64,000 nucleotides of DNA from an uncultured bacterium (GTDB lineage: Bacteria; Krumholzibacteriota; Krumholzibacteriia; JACNKJ01), in assembly GCA_963695095.1 (NCBI GenBank), contig CAVOFT010000001.1:1664001-1728000 (forward strand). Direction: 5' to 3'. The notes below the pieces were generated by a model, which was not told the origin of the DNA, searched no databases, and worked only from the letters and a program-made list of their open reading frames with translations. Position 1 is the first letter of the stretch. Each line of letters opens with the position of its first letter. The position numbers and the translations under genes are program-made. This document shows, piece after piece, positions 1 through 9,596 of this stretch.

Positions 1-323
1 ACGGCCCGGTGCAGGCCGAGGTCGCCCTCAACATGGACATGCTGCGCGAGCACTTTCCCTTCACGGAACTCAAGGGCCGGCCCAATCTGCTCATCTTCCC
101 GAACCTGGACGCGGGCAACATCGCCCTCAAGATGCTGGAGCGGTTCAGCCCCGCCCACAGCTACGGGCCGATCATGATGGGCATGGCCAAGCCGATCCAC
201 CTGGTGGTGCGCGGCAGCGACGTGAGCACCATCGTCAATCTGACCGCGATTGCGACCGTGGATGCGCAGACGGTGGCGCGGCGCGATCAGCAGCTCCGCG
301 AAGCGCTCAACTTCGCCACCTAG
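1..323 (+). CDS. maeB: NADP-dependent malic enzyme, C-terminal phosphotransacetylase-like domain (5' truncated by window edge)
   Basis: Motifs NLLIFPNLDAGNIA and GPIMMGMAKPIH...IVNLTAIATVDAQ match the MaeB PTA-like C-terminus. Confidence 0.85.
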   Translation, partial: GPVQAEVALNMDMLREHFPFTELKGRPNLLIFPNLDAGNIALKMLERFSPAHSYGPIMMGMAKPIHLVVRGSDVSTIVNLTAIATVDAQTVARRDQQLREALNFAT

Positions 324-366
324 CCGAGAAAGCGGTCGCGCCTCCGCGGCCGAGCGGTTACGCTGA

Positions 367-395
367 GGGTCCGGGCCACAGCCCGGGCCCTTTTT
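367..395 (+). terminator. Rho-independent terminator
   Basis: GGGTCCGGGC-caca-GCCCGGGCCC followed by TTTTT. Confidence 0.75.
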
Positions 396-415
396 GCCAC
401 CGGCCGAGGAGAGGC

Positions 416-1756
416 ATGGAGGAGTACGACGAACTCGAGATCGACGCGCTCGCCGCTGGCGGGGACGGCGTCGGGCGCCTGGCGGGCCAGGCTGTCTTCG
501 TCGCCGGCGCCGTGCCGGGCGACCGCCTGCGCGTGCGCCTGGGCCAGCGCCACGCGCGCTGGGCCCGGGCGACGATGCTCGAGGTGCTGGCGCCAGGCCC
601 GCTGCGGCGAACGCCGCCCTGTCCGGTGGCCGCCGATTGCGGCGGCTGCCAATGGCAGCAGGTGGAGGACTCCGGCCAGCGAGCCGCGCGCCAGGCCGTG
701 GTCGAGGAGGCCCTGCGGCGCATCGGGGGTCTGGCGGAGTGGCCGCCGCCGGACTTCGCGCCGGCGCCCGCGGCCTTCGGCTACCGCCGGCGCGCCGAGT
801 ACCGCCTGCGCTGCCTGGGCGCCGGCCGCATCGAGCTCGGCTTTCTCGCCCGCGGCAGCCACCGCCTCGTCGACCACGAGCGCTGCCTGCTCCTCGAGCC
901 TAGCCTGGCCGCCGCGTTGCCCGCCCTGCGCGAACACCTGGTGGGGCGGCTGGCGCAGCGCGGCACCGCCGAGCTGGAACTCACCCTGCTCGCGGGCGAC
1001 GGGGGACCGGCGCTGCAGATCGTCGCCTCGGCCCTGGCCGGGGAGGCGGCGAGTCCTGAGCTGCCGGCGGCGCTGGCCGACTGGGAGCCCCCCGGCTTCA
1101 CCGCGTTGCACTGGGCGCTGCGCGATGCCGAAGGCCGCCTGCTCCGGGAGCCGCCGGGGACGCCCTTCCTGCTGGAGCGGGTGGAATTGGCCTGTCCGGA
1201 CGGCAGCACCCTGAGCTACCCGCTCTACACGCGGCCGGGGGAATTCGTGCAGGCCAATGCCGCCGCCAACCGGCAGCTCCTGGCCGCCCTCGTCGCCGAT
1301 GTCGACACGAGCGAAGCGCCCTGGCTGCTCGATCTCTACTGCGGCGCCGGCAACCTCAGTCTGCCGCTGGCCCTGCGCGGCGCCCGGGTGCTGGGCATCG
1401 AAAGTCGGCGCAGCGCCTTGCGCAGCGCGCGCAAGGCGGCCCGCGATGCGCACAGCGCGCGCGCGCGCTTCCGCGCAGGGGCGGTGGCCGAGCTCCTGCC
1501 CGCCCTGGCGGCCGAGGGTCGGCGCTATCGGACCGTGGTGCTCGATCCGCCGCGGCAGGGGGCGCCGGAACTCGCGGCCCAGCTCGATCCGCTGGGCGTC
1601 GAGGAGATCTTCGCACTGAGCTGCCACCCGGCCACCTTCGCCCGCGATCTCGCGGGCTGGACGGCGCGTGGCTTCGTGCTGCGCAGTCTGCGCCTCTTCG
1701 ATTTCTTCCCCCAGACCCATCACGTCGAGTTGCTGGCCCGGCTCACGCGGGCCTGA
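416..1756 (+). CDS. rlmD: 23S rRNA m5U methyltransferase (TRAM domain, RlmD/RumA family)
   Basis: N-terminal TRAM domain, CPVAADCGGC Fe-S motif, FVQAN, LDLYCGAG, LDPPRQG, SCHPATFARD, DFFPQTHHVE. Confidence 0.9.
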   Translation: MEEYDELEIDALAAGGDGVGRLAGQAVFVAGAVPGDRLRVRLGQRHARWARATMLEVLAPGPLRRTPPCPVAADCGGCQWQQVEDSGQRAARQAVVEEALRRIGGLAEWPPPDFAPAPAAFGYRRRAEYRLRCLGAGRIELGFLARGSHRLVDHERCLLLEPSLAAALPALREHLVGRLAQRGTAELELTLLAGDGGPALQIVASALAGEAASPELPAALADWEPPGFTALHWALRDAEGRLLREPPGTPFLLERVELACPDGSTLSYPLYTRPGEFVQANAAANRQLLAALVADVDTSEAPWLLDLYCGAGNLSLPLALRGARVLGIESRRSALRSARKAARDAHSARARFRAGAVAELLPALAAEGRRYRTVVLDPPRQGAPELAAQLDPLGVEEIFALSCHPATFARDLAGWTARGFVLRSLRLFDFFPQTHHVELLARLTRA

Positions 1757-2684
1757 GCCTGCCTGCGGCGAGCAGGGCCTCGACCTCGGCCAGGCTGGGC
1801 AGACCGCTGCGGCCACCCGGCGCCCGGCACTTGAGTCCGGCCAGGGCGCAGGCGAAGCGAAGGGTGGCGGCGGCGTCCAGGCCGGCCAGCAGGCCATGGC
1901 AGACGCCGGCATGGAAGGCGTCGCCGGCGCCGGTCGTGTCCACGACGGGCACGGCGAAGGCCGGCTGGCGAAGCAAGCGGCGGCCATCCCAGCTCACGGC
2001 GCCGCGCTCGCCGAGGGTCACCGTGACGCGGCCGCTGCCCATGGCAAGCAGCGCGGCCAGGGTGGCGGGCGCGTCGGGCGGCTCGCCGGCGCCAAGCAGC
2101 TTGGCGGGGAAGCTCTCGTCGGCTACCAGTTCGTCCACCAGGGGCAGGAGCGCGGCAGTGCCGGGCGCGCAGTACTCGGCGTCGAGCACCACGCGGCCGC
2201 CGTGGGCGCGGCAATGGGCGGCAGCGAGGAGACATGCCTCGAGTTCATGGCCGTCGATGAGGAGCAGATAGGGCGCGTCGGGCAGGAGCCCGGGTGCGAC
2301 ATCCGTGGGCGCCAGGTCGATCTCGGGGCCGCGCTGGACGAAGATGGTCCGCTCGCCGCCGGCGGCCGGCACCAGGATCAGCGAGAGCTGGCTGCGGGCG
2401 CCGGTCACGGTGATGAGGCCGGCGGTGTCCACGCCGGCAGCGCGAAACTCCCGCTCGATGCGCTCGCCCTCGGCATCATCGCCGCGCTTGCCGATGATCC
2501 GCACCCGGTGGCCGAGGCGGGCCAGGGCGACCAGGGCGCTGGCCACCTGGCCGCCGCCCTGCTCGAGAACGCCGCGGACGCGGGTCTTGCCGCCCTGGGC
2601 GGGATAGCGCTCCACCTGGTAGATGCGATCGTAGGCGCACCAGCCAAGGCCGACGACGGCGACGGGATCTGAGCGGGCGGGCAT
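1743..2684 (-). CDS. PfkB/ribokinase-family carbohydrate kinase
   Basis: GGGQVASALVALARLG and VVDTTGAGDAF signatures; start moved to ATG 2684, which has an upstream GGGAG. Confidence 0.88.
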   Translation of the reverse strand: MPARSDPVAVVGLGWCAYDRIYQVERYPAQGGKTRVRGVLEQGGGQVASALVALARLGHRVRIIGKRGDDAEGERIEREFRAAGVDTAGLITVTGARSQLSLILVPAAGGERTIFVQRGPEIDLAPTDVAPGLLPDAPYLLLIDGHELEACLLAAAHCRAHGGRVVLDAEYCAPGTAALLPLVDELVADESFPAKLLGAGEPPDAPATLAALLAMGSGRVTVTLGERGAVSWDGRRLLRQPAFAVPVVDTTGAGDAFHAGVCHGLLAGLDAAATLRFACALAGLKCRAPGGRSGLPSLAEVEALLAAGRLRPA

Positions 2685-2764
2685 TGGCGCTTGCTCCCTG
2701 GCGGCCGGCTGTGCTTGGCTGACCGGCCAGCGCCACAGCCTAGCAGCGGGGGGAGTGTCTGCCA

Positions 2765-3046
2765 ATGGAGCGTCGAGGCTATCTGATCACGGGCCGGGTG
2801 CAGGGTGTCGGCTATCGGGCCTTCGTCCACCGCGCCGCGCGCGGGCTCGGCCTGGCCGGCTGGGTCTGCAATCGCGCCGACGGCAGCGTGGAGGTGCTCG
2901 CCGAGGGCGCAGCCAGCGCCCTCGACGCCCTCGAAGGTCAGCTCCGGCAGGGGCCGGCCGCCGGCTCCGTCAAGGCGGTCACGCGCGGGCCGGCAGCCGC
3001 GGACGAGCGCTTCGCCGGCGGCGACTTCGAGATCCGCTTCGGCTAG
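2765..3046 (+). CDS. acyP: Acylphosphatase
   Basis: GRVQGVGYR and GWVCNRADGSVEV motifs, 93 aa. Confidence 0.93.
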   Translation: MERRGYLITGRVQGVGYRAFVHRAARGLGLAGWVCNRADGSVEVLAEGAASALDALEGQLRQGPAAGSVKAVTRGPAAADERFAGGDFEIRFG

Positions 3047-3049
3047 CGT

Positions 3050-3223
3050 TCACTCGTAGCTGGGGTCATCGGCATCGCAACCGCGGGCGATGATGTCGCG
3101 GTGCTCGTCGCGGCGGGCCAGGCAGGGGCGGCAGTACCAGAGCTCCTCGATGTGCTCGTCCGCCACCAGGTCGTCGGTGGCGCTACAGTAGACGCACGCG
3201 CGGTGCTCGTCCGCCCTCTCCAT
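3050..3223 (-). CDS. Small putative zinc-binding protein (57 aa)
   Basis: MERADEHRACVYC...WYCRPC with two CxxC motifs; fills the gap 11 bp downstream of the phnD-like gene; GC3-rich codons. Confidence 0.6.
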   Translation of the reverse strand: MERADEHRACVYCSATDDLVADEHIEELWYCRPCLARRDEHRDIIARGCDADDPSYE

Positions 3224-3234
3224 GTCCGGTCGTC

Positions 3235-4152
3235 TCAGCGGTTGCGCACGGCGGCGAAGGCGGCGCGGACGACGTCGTAGTCGGCGTCCTGTCCAGGGAT
3301 GAGATTGTCGATGTTGTAGAGGTCGCCCAGGATCACGCGGCCCGCGTTGCTCCCGCCCATGTCGAGCAGGACGGTCTTCACCTTGGCGACCAGCGCCGCC
3401 TGGGTCTCCAGCATGCGCGCCGTCACCGTGAAGGTATCGCCGGGAATGGGCGGCGAGAAGTAGATGGGCACCAGCTTGGCGGCTTCGGTGGCGGCGATGA
3501 ATTCCTCCGCCGTCCATGCGCCCTCCCGGCCCTCGGGATCGTCGGCGAAGGTGGCGCCGGCCGCCACCTCGCCGGCGAGGATGCTCCGGATGACGGCGCT
3601 GTGGCCGCCAGCATAGACGATTTCCGCAAAGAAGCGATCGGGATCGATACCCTCGGCGAGGAGGGCGCTCATCGGCACGACGTAGCCCGAGGTCGAACCC
3701 AGGTGCGTGAAGGCGATGCGCTTGCCCTTGAGTTCGCCCAGGCTGTGGATGCCGCTGTCGCGCCGTACGAGGATCACGCTCCAGTAGAAGGGCCGGCCGC
3801 TGCGCTCGCTCTTGAGCAGAATCTCGGCGTCGGCCACCTGAGCGGCCGTCACGTAGCCGAGGGGCGACAGGAAGGCGAAATCGACGCGACCTTCGGCAAT
3901 GGCGCGAATGAGCTGGCTGTAGCTGCCCTCGATCACCGGCTGGCAGCGCAGGCCGCTGCGCTCTTCCAGGAAGGCCGTGAAGGCATTCGCCTTCAGGCGG
4001 ATGATGCCCGGACTCTCGCCGCCGTTGAAACCGATGCGCAAGGGCAGCGCCTCCGTGCCTTCCTGGGCGGGGAGAGGGGCGGGCAGGCCGCCGACGAACA
4101 GGCCGACGAGAAGGGCGAGCAGACGGCGGAGCGACAGGGAACGGCGGATCAC
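3235..4152 (-). CDS. Phosphate/phosphite/phosphonate ABC transporter substrate-binding protein (PhnD family)
   Basis: Signal peptide, GRVDFAFLSPLGYV, LKGKRIAFTHLGSTSGYVVP, GGHSAV; GTG start after GGAGG. Confidence 0.88.
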   Translation of the reverse strand: MIRRSLSLRRLLALLVGLFVGGLPAPLPAQEGTEALPLRIGFNGGESPGIIRLKANAFTAFLEERSGLRCQPVIEGSYSQLIRAIAEGRVDFAFLSPLGYVTAAQVADAEILLKSERSGRPFYWSVILVRRDSGIHSLGELKGKRIAFTHLGSTSGYVVPMSALLAEGIDPDRFFAEIVYAGGHSAVIRSILAGEVAAGATFADDPEGREGAWTAEEFIAATEAAKLVPIYFSPPIPGDTFTVTARMLETQAALVAKVKTVLLDMGGSNAGRVILGDLYNIDNLIPGQDADYDVVRAAFAAVRNR

Positions 4153-4208
4153 AGCGACCTCCCCCAGCTGGAGACACGCGGCGAGGCTGACACAGGGCCG
4201 CGGCCCTG

Positions 4209-5837
4209 TCAACGCAGGGCTGGCGGACCGGCGCCCAGCGCGGTCGGCGACAGGACGCTGAACTGGCCGCGCGCCGCCGCGCGCCGGCCGCTCAGGCGGT
4301 CGTGCACCTCGACTTCCACCAGATAGCTGTCCTCCGCGAAGGCTGCGGCGGGAATGCCGAGCGGATGGCGGGCCATCTCCCCGCTGTGGCGGTCGACGAA
4401 GGTGCTGCCGGCCTCGGCATCGGCGACCTCTTCGCGCGTCCAGAGCCAGGACGACTTGACCGCCGGCGTGCGCGGGCGGATGCGGTAGCTCACCGAGTAG
4501 TCGTTGAGGCCCTCGGCGTCCACGCTGAGACCATAGATTTCGAAGTAGAGCTGGACGCTGCGATCCATGGCGTAGGCGCGCAGGGGGTGCGGCGTCACGA
4601 TCCACTCGCCCTTGGCGAAGTCGGCAGGGGCGGAGCCCCGCTGGATAGCGCTGGCGAAGCAGATGTCGCTGAGCGTCAGGCTGTCGGGCGCGAAGGTCGG
4701 CACGCTGACCCGCGTGGTGAAGATCTGCAAGCGCTTGCCGACCAGGTCCTCCAGGCGCAGGGCCAGACGGTAGTCGCCGGGTGGCAGCAGCGCACTCGCG
4801 AGGCCGGGCACCAGCAGTGGGCGCTGCGTGTCCGCCAGCGTCTCGGCATGGATGCTCTGGCGATCGGACAGAGTCGCTGCCACGCGCTCGTCGCTGTCGT
4901 AGAAGACCACTTCGCGCAGGAGCGCGGCGCCGAAGTCGCCCGCCGCTTCATCCCAGGCGAAGCCGAGATCGCTCAGGCGGACCTCGTGGCTGAGCTCGAC
5001 GCGGGTGCGGCTGCCGGCGCCGCGAAAGCAGTCGACTGCGAAGACCGCCCAGAGGGGTGCGGTCCGGAAGTCGTGGACGTAGGGGTCGCGCCGCGAGCGG
5101 CGGTGCTCCTGGTAGCTCGCCTCCATGCGCCGGAACTTGGAGCCCATCAAGTCGGCAATGATCTTCTGGTTCTGCACCTCGAGCGCATTGATCACCTCGC
5201 CCTCGGCGAGCTGGCGCAGCAGGTCCTGGTAGGCGAGCGGATCGCTGAGGCGCAGTTCATCGAGGAGTCGGGTGTCGGCGGCCTGGCCGTCCTGCAGGAA
5301 GGCGTTCTCCAGGCGCACGCGCTGGTCAGGGCGTGAGGAGGGCGCCTCATCCCAGGCCTGTTCCCACTCGCCGTCCAGGTTCCAGTCGGCGTAAGTGGCG
5401 CGCATGGAGGGGGAGAGCCAGAGCCAGATCGTCCGCGCCGGGTGGTGTCCGGTCTCGTCGAACCACTCGTCGATGGTCGCCGTCTCGTCCGGCGGGCCGA
5501 AGCGGATGTAGTCCTCGCCGCGCCGGTCGACGCCGATGCCCGCTCGCGCCGGATAGAGCGCCCGGGCCGTCTCCAGCCGCTTCTCGTGCTCTTCGCGGCG
5601 CTCGTTCAGGGCCGTCGTCGGCGTGGGATCCCGGCTGATCCAGAAGTGCCGGTTCCACTCTGCAGCGGCGGCGGGCGAGTCCAGGGCGAGCAGCGCCTCC
5701 TCTTCGGCATGGGTGAGGATGGGCGACAGGTCCTGCCACAGGTAGCGCTGCCAAGCGGGCAGGGTCGCCGGGTCGATGGGGGCGGCCGCTCCAGCGATCG
5801 GTAGCACCAGGAGCAAGAGCCAGGCGAAGCGCGTCAT
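4209..5837 (-). CDS. GWxTD-domain-containing exported protein
   Basis: Signal peptide, FWISRDPTPTTALNERREEHEKR, DRRGEDYIRFGPPD, C-terminal LSDICFA/PHPLRAY beta domains. Confidence 0.8.
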   Translation of the reverse strand: MTRFAWLLLLVLPIAGAAAPIDPATLPAWQRYLWQDLSPILTHAEEEALLALDSPAAAAEWNRHFWISRDPTPTTALNERREEHEKRLETARALYPARAGIGVDRRGEDYIRFGPPDETATIDEWFDETGHHPARTIWLWLSPSMRATYADWNLDGEWEQAWDEAPSSRPDQRVRLENAFLQDGQAADTRLLDELRLSDPLAYQDLLRQLAEGEVINALEVQNQKIIADLMGSKFRRMEASYQEHRRSRRDPYVHDFRTAPLWAVFAVDCFRGAGSRTRVELSHEVRLSDLGFAWDEAAGDFGAALLREVVFYDSDERVAATLSDRQSIHAETLADTQRPLLVPGLASALLPPGDYRLALRLEDLVGKRLQIFTTRVSVPTFAPDSLTLSDICFASAIQRGSAPADFAKGEWIVTPHPLRAYAMDRSVQLYFEIYGLSVDAEGLNDYSVSYRIRPRTPAVKSSWLWTREEVADAEAGSTFVDRHSGEMARHPLGIPAAAFAEDSYLVEVEVHDRLSGRRAAARGQFSVLSPTALGAGPPALR

Positions 5838-5849
5838 GGCCGATCCCGT

Positions 5850-8800
5850 CTACTTGAGCAGGGTCAGCTTGAGCTGGCCCCGCCAGGCCCCGGCCATCAG
5901 GTGGAGCGCATAGACGCCGCTGGCCGCCGGGCGTCCGGCCTCGTCGCGCCCGTCCCAGGTCCACTGGTGGCGTCCAGCTGGCATGCGATCGAGCGTGAGA
6001 CGCCGCAGGCAACGGCCCGAGGCGTCGTGGATGGCCAGGGCCACGGTGGCCGGCGCCGGCAAGTCGAAGCTGAGCGTGGTGCTGGGGTTGAAGGGGTTGG
6101 GATGGGCGCCGCGCAGGGCGAAGCGCGCGGGCAGGTCCTCGTCCGCCGCGGTGTCGCTCTGGCCCGTGCCGTCGACCTCGTTCGAGTAGCCGCTCGCGTA
6201 GCCATCGCCGTCGTATGCGCTGACCTTGTAGTAGAAGACGGTCGTGTCGTCCGGGACCTCGTCCCGCCAGGTGGACGCCGGCGGGGCGATGAGAGCCACG
6301 CGGTTGCCCGCCGCCGGCAGGAAGTCGGGGCTCAGATCGCGATAGACGGCGTAGCCGGCCAGATCGCCCTCCTCGTTGTCGGCCCAGTCGAGCTCCACGA
6401 ACCAATCGCGGAGGCCAAGCGTGAGCACCGCCAGATCGCGGGGAGCGGCGGGCTGGTCGGCGGCGGCCTCGGGTCCGCCGTGGGCGCCGATATCGCTGCG
6501 GCCGCCGTCCGGATCCAGAATCGCCGGATCGCCGGCGTCCAGGGCCGGCGAGTCGAGGCCCAGGTGGAAGTCGCCCTGCGCGGCATCCACGTAGAGCGGA
6601 TCGGCGTGGGTGTCGCCGCCGCTGCTGCTGATGCCGTAGTAGTCTCCGGCGCCGTTGCCGAAGAAGTTGTTGTAGGCCGCCGTCGGCAGGCTGGTCCCGG
6701 AGGCGAAGATCGGAAAGCCCGCCATGCCGTTCGTGAACTGGCAGTTGCGCAGGTCCAGGGGCGCCTCGTTGCAGGCGATGACGGCGCCCACATAGAGGCC
6801 GGCAGTGGCATCCACGGTGCAATTGCGGACGTGGCCGCTGGCGCTGCTGGCGTAGAGGACGGCGCCCTGAATGGCGGCCTCCTCCGCCCGGAAGCTCGAA
6901 CTGCGCACGGCGAACTGGGCGCCGGGCGCGCCGTAGAGCGCGCCGCCGAAGTTGGTGAGGGTGGGACTGCCGTTGCCGCTGAAAGCTGCGCCGGTGACCG
7001 TGAGCGCTGCCGCTGTGTGGATGGCGCCTCCAGCCGCGGCGCTGTTGTCGGTGAGGCTGCAATCGACCAGGTCGACCGGGCCGAGCGCAGCAATGGCCCC
7101 GCCCGCCGGGCCGGCGCTGTTATTCGTGAAGCTGGCCCCGTTCAAGCTAAGGCTGCTGCCGGCGTCCACGTAGGCGCCGCCGCCCTCGTCGTCGGCCATG
7201 TTGCCGGCGAAGCCGACGCTGTTGCCGCTCAGCTGGCCGGCTTCCAGGTGCAGGGCACCGCCGCGCCGCGCGGGGTTCATGGCGTGCGTCGCCGCATTGG
7301 CCACGAAGTCGCAATCCGTGAGCGCGACGGTGGCGTTGTAGAGGCCGAGGCCGCCGCCCCGCCGTGCCCGATTGTTCTCGAAGCGGCAGGCAACGAGGCT
7401 GAGCGAGGTGCCGGCCACGAAGAGCCCGCCCCCGCAAGAGACCGCCTCATCGCTGAGATCGCAGTCGGCGAAGGTGAGATGGCTGAGGCTGGGCTGGCCG
7501 GCGCTCACCAGCATGGCGCCACCGTAACGGCCGAGCTCGGGATAGTAGCCCGAGCTGCCGCCGCCGTTCTCCAGCCGGAAGCCGTCGATCGCGAGCGCGG
7601 CACCGAGCCCGGCCGTGTTCAGCACGAAGAGGGGCTGGATGCCGTTGCCGACGAGGGTGCTGGGCGCGGACGCAGGGTCGCGGCTCGTGTAGTCTTCGCT
7701 CCAGCCGCCGAGAATGGCCAGGGCCTTGGTCGGATTGATCAGGGTCACAGCAGCCGTCACGCTGCTGCGCACGGCCAGCGTGTCGCCGGCGAGGGCGAAG
7801 TCGAGCGCTTCCTGGAAGCTGGCGAACTCCTCCGGGAAAGCGAAGAAGCCGCCGCCGCCCAGCGCCTGAAAGCCGTTGATGCGGCCCGCGCCTAGCAGGC
7901 CCGCGTAGCTGGGATTCAGCGCATCGAGGTCATCGCAGGTTTCGATCAGGCGGTCCAGCACGGCCGTGGCGTGGGCCTGGCTGCGGGCGCCGCCGTGAAG
8001 CTGCCAGTAGATCTGACCGATGAGCCCGGCGGTCAGCGGGCTCGAGAACGAGGTGCCCTGGGTGACCACGTAGCCGTCGATCGCCGTGGTGAGGATGCCC
8101 GTGCCGGGTGCGGAGACGTCCACCCAGGTGCCGTAGTTGGAGAAGGTGGCCTTGCCGTCGGTGCTGGTCGTGGCTGCGACGTCGACGCACTTGTTCGTGG
8201 TCGCCAGGTAGTCCGGCGTGCTGCTGTTGTCATTGCCCGCGGCGACGACCATGATCGCGCCCGCGCTGGTGCAGGCGTTCACGGCCGCCGCCAGGCTCGG
8301 CGTGTAGCTGGAGCCGTAGCTGAGGTTGATGACCTGGGCGCCCTTGATGCGGGCGTAGTTGAAGGCGCTGGCCTGGATGGACGAGTAGGTGATGGCCGTC
8401 ATCCCGCCCTGGCCGTCGTCCACGGCCCAGCCGATGCGCAGGGGCATCACCCGCAGCTGCCAGCCGATGGAGGCGATGCCCTCCCCGTTGTCGCTGATGG
8501 CACTCACGCAGCCGGCGCAGTTGGTGCCGTGCCCCTGGAAATCGTCGGGATCGTTGTCCTCGGTGGCGTAGTCCTCGCCCGCGTAGGGCCCGGTGCCCAC
8601 GTTGACGAAGTCCCAGCCCCGCCAGTCGTCGAGGTAGCCGTTGCCGTCGTCGTCGACCAAGTTGGCGCCGCTCAACTCCTGCCAATCCGTATAGAGATTG
8701 CCCGCAAGATAGGGAGCGGGCCCGGCGAGGTCGGGATGGTCCAGGTCCACGCCCGTATCGCAGACGGCGACGACGACGCTGCTGTCGCCGCGGCTGTGGC

Positions 8801-9347
8801 CCCAGGCGCCCTTGGCGCGCAGGGTGCCGATGCCGCCGTTCGTCACCAGGTAGTACTGGGTGGCCAGACTGGGGTCGTTGGGCGTGACGATGTCGACCGG
8901 CGCCCGCGCCAGCTCGCAGCGCAGCACCGGCCAGGCGGTGAGCACCTCGGGCAAGTCCATGAGGGCGAGGCAGGCCGCGCGCAGATCCGTTGCCGGATCC
9001 AGGCTGGCCGTGAAGAAGCGGTCGCGGAAGTCGCCGAAGCGGCCGCCGGGGGGCGCCACCTGGAAGAAGATGCTCTCCAGGCGCTCGAGCCCGCGCGCCG
9101 CCAGGAGCGCGTCCAGCGCGGGCAGGCCGCTGCGTCCAGTGCGGGCCAGCTCGGCAGGAGCGGCCGGCGCAGCGGCGAGCTGGATCTCCAGCAGGCCCGG
9201 CACGATTCGCGCCGCCTCGTCCCGGAAGAGCGCCGCGAAGGCGGCCTCTTCGCTGGGGCTGAGGAAGGCGGCCGCCGCGGGGCGGGTCCCGAGCAGGCCG
9301 AGCAGGGCGATGCCGAGGCAGATCAGGCGCAGGGCGAACTTGAACAC
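5850..9347 (-). CDS. Secreted S8 (subtilase) serine protease with beta-helix repeats, FN3-like region and FlgD-Ig C-terminal domain
   Basis: Catalytic triad VAVCDTG / HGTNCAG / GTSFSSP; FxxNxA-GGA repeats; PNPFNPSTT...KLTLLK. Confidence 0.9.
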   Translation of the reverse strand: MFKFALRLICLGIALLGLLGTRPAAAAFLSPSEEAAFAALFRDEAARIVPGLLEIQLAAAPAAPAELARTGRSGLPALDALLAARGLERLESIFFQVAPPGGRFGDFRDRFFTASLDPATDLRAACLALMDLPEVLTAWPVLRCELARAPVDIVTPNDPSLATQYYLVTNGGIGTLRAKGAWGHSRGDSSVVVAVCDTGVDLDHPDLAGPAPYLAGNLYTDWQELSGANLVDDDGNGYLDDWRGWDFVNVGTGPYAGEDYATEDNDPDDFQGHGTNCAGCVSAISDNGEGIASIGWQLRVMPLRIGWAVDDGQGGMTAITYSSIQASAFNYARIKGAQVINLSYGSSYTPSLAAAVNACTSAGAIMVVAAGNDNSSTPDYLATTNKCVDVAATTSTDGKATFSNYGTWVDVSAPGTGILTTAIDGYVVTQGTSFSSPLTAGLIGQIYWQLHGGARSQAHATAVLDRLIETCDDLDALNPSYAGLLGAGRINGFQALGGGGFFAFPEEFASFQEALDFALAGDTLAVRSSVTAAVTLINPTKALAILGGWSEDYTSRDPASAPSTLVGNGIQPLFVLNTAGLGAALAIDGFRLENGGGSSGYYPELGRYGGAMLVSAGQPSLSHLTFADCDLSDEAVSCGGGLFVAGTSLSLVACRFENNRARRGGGLGLYNATVALTDCDFVANAATHAMNPARRGGALHLEAGQLSGNSVGFAGNMADDEGGGAYVDAGSSLSLNGASFTNNSAGPAGGAIAALGPVDLVDCSLTDNSAAAGGAIHTAAALTVTGAAFSGNGSPTLTNFGGALYGAPGAQFAVRSSSFRAEEAAIQGAVLYASSASGHVRNCTVDATAGLYVGAVIACNEAPLDLRNCQFTNGMAGFPIFASGTSLPTAAYNNFFGNGAGDYYGISSSGGDTHADPLYVDAAQGDFHLGLDSPALDAGDPAILDPDGGRSDIGAHGGPEAAADQPAAPRDLAVLTLGLRDWFVELDWADNEEGDLAGYAVYRDLSPDFLPAAGNRVALIAPPASTWRDEVPDDTTVFYYKVSAYDGDGYASGYSNEVDGTGQSDTAADEDLPARFALRGAHPNPFNPSTTLSFDLPAPATVALAIHDASGRCLRRLTLDRMPAGRHQWTWDGRDEAGRPAASGVYALHLMAGAWRGQLKLTLLK

Positions 9348-9501
9348 GGGGGACCTCCCGCCACGAGTGGGTCGGCCAGCCAGCGGCGCGCCGGCGGCTG
9401 GATCAAGATAACGCAGGCGACCGCTCGGCTCAAAGCGGTGTTCGCTTCTCCGGCGCGGCCGCGGGCGCCGCTATCCGCCGATCTTGGGGGCACTTTGCCC
9501 G

Positions 9502-9530
9502 TTGACTCGATCTGGAGCCGGTGGTATGTT
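9502..9530 (+). promoter_or_regulatory. sigma70-type promoter
   Basis: TTGACT-17 bp-TATGTT with extended -10 TG. Confidence 0.6.
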
Positions 9531-9596
9531 TCGCCCGCTTCTCCAAACTGCCCCTCATCATAGTGAGCCTGTGAGACTCTGGAAGGGAGTTCGTCC

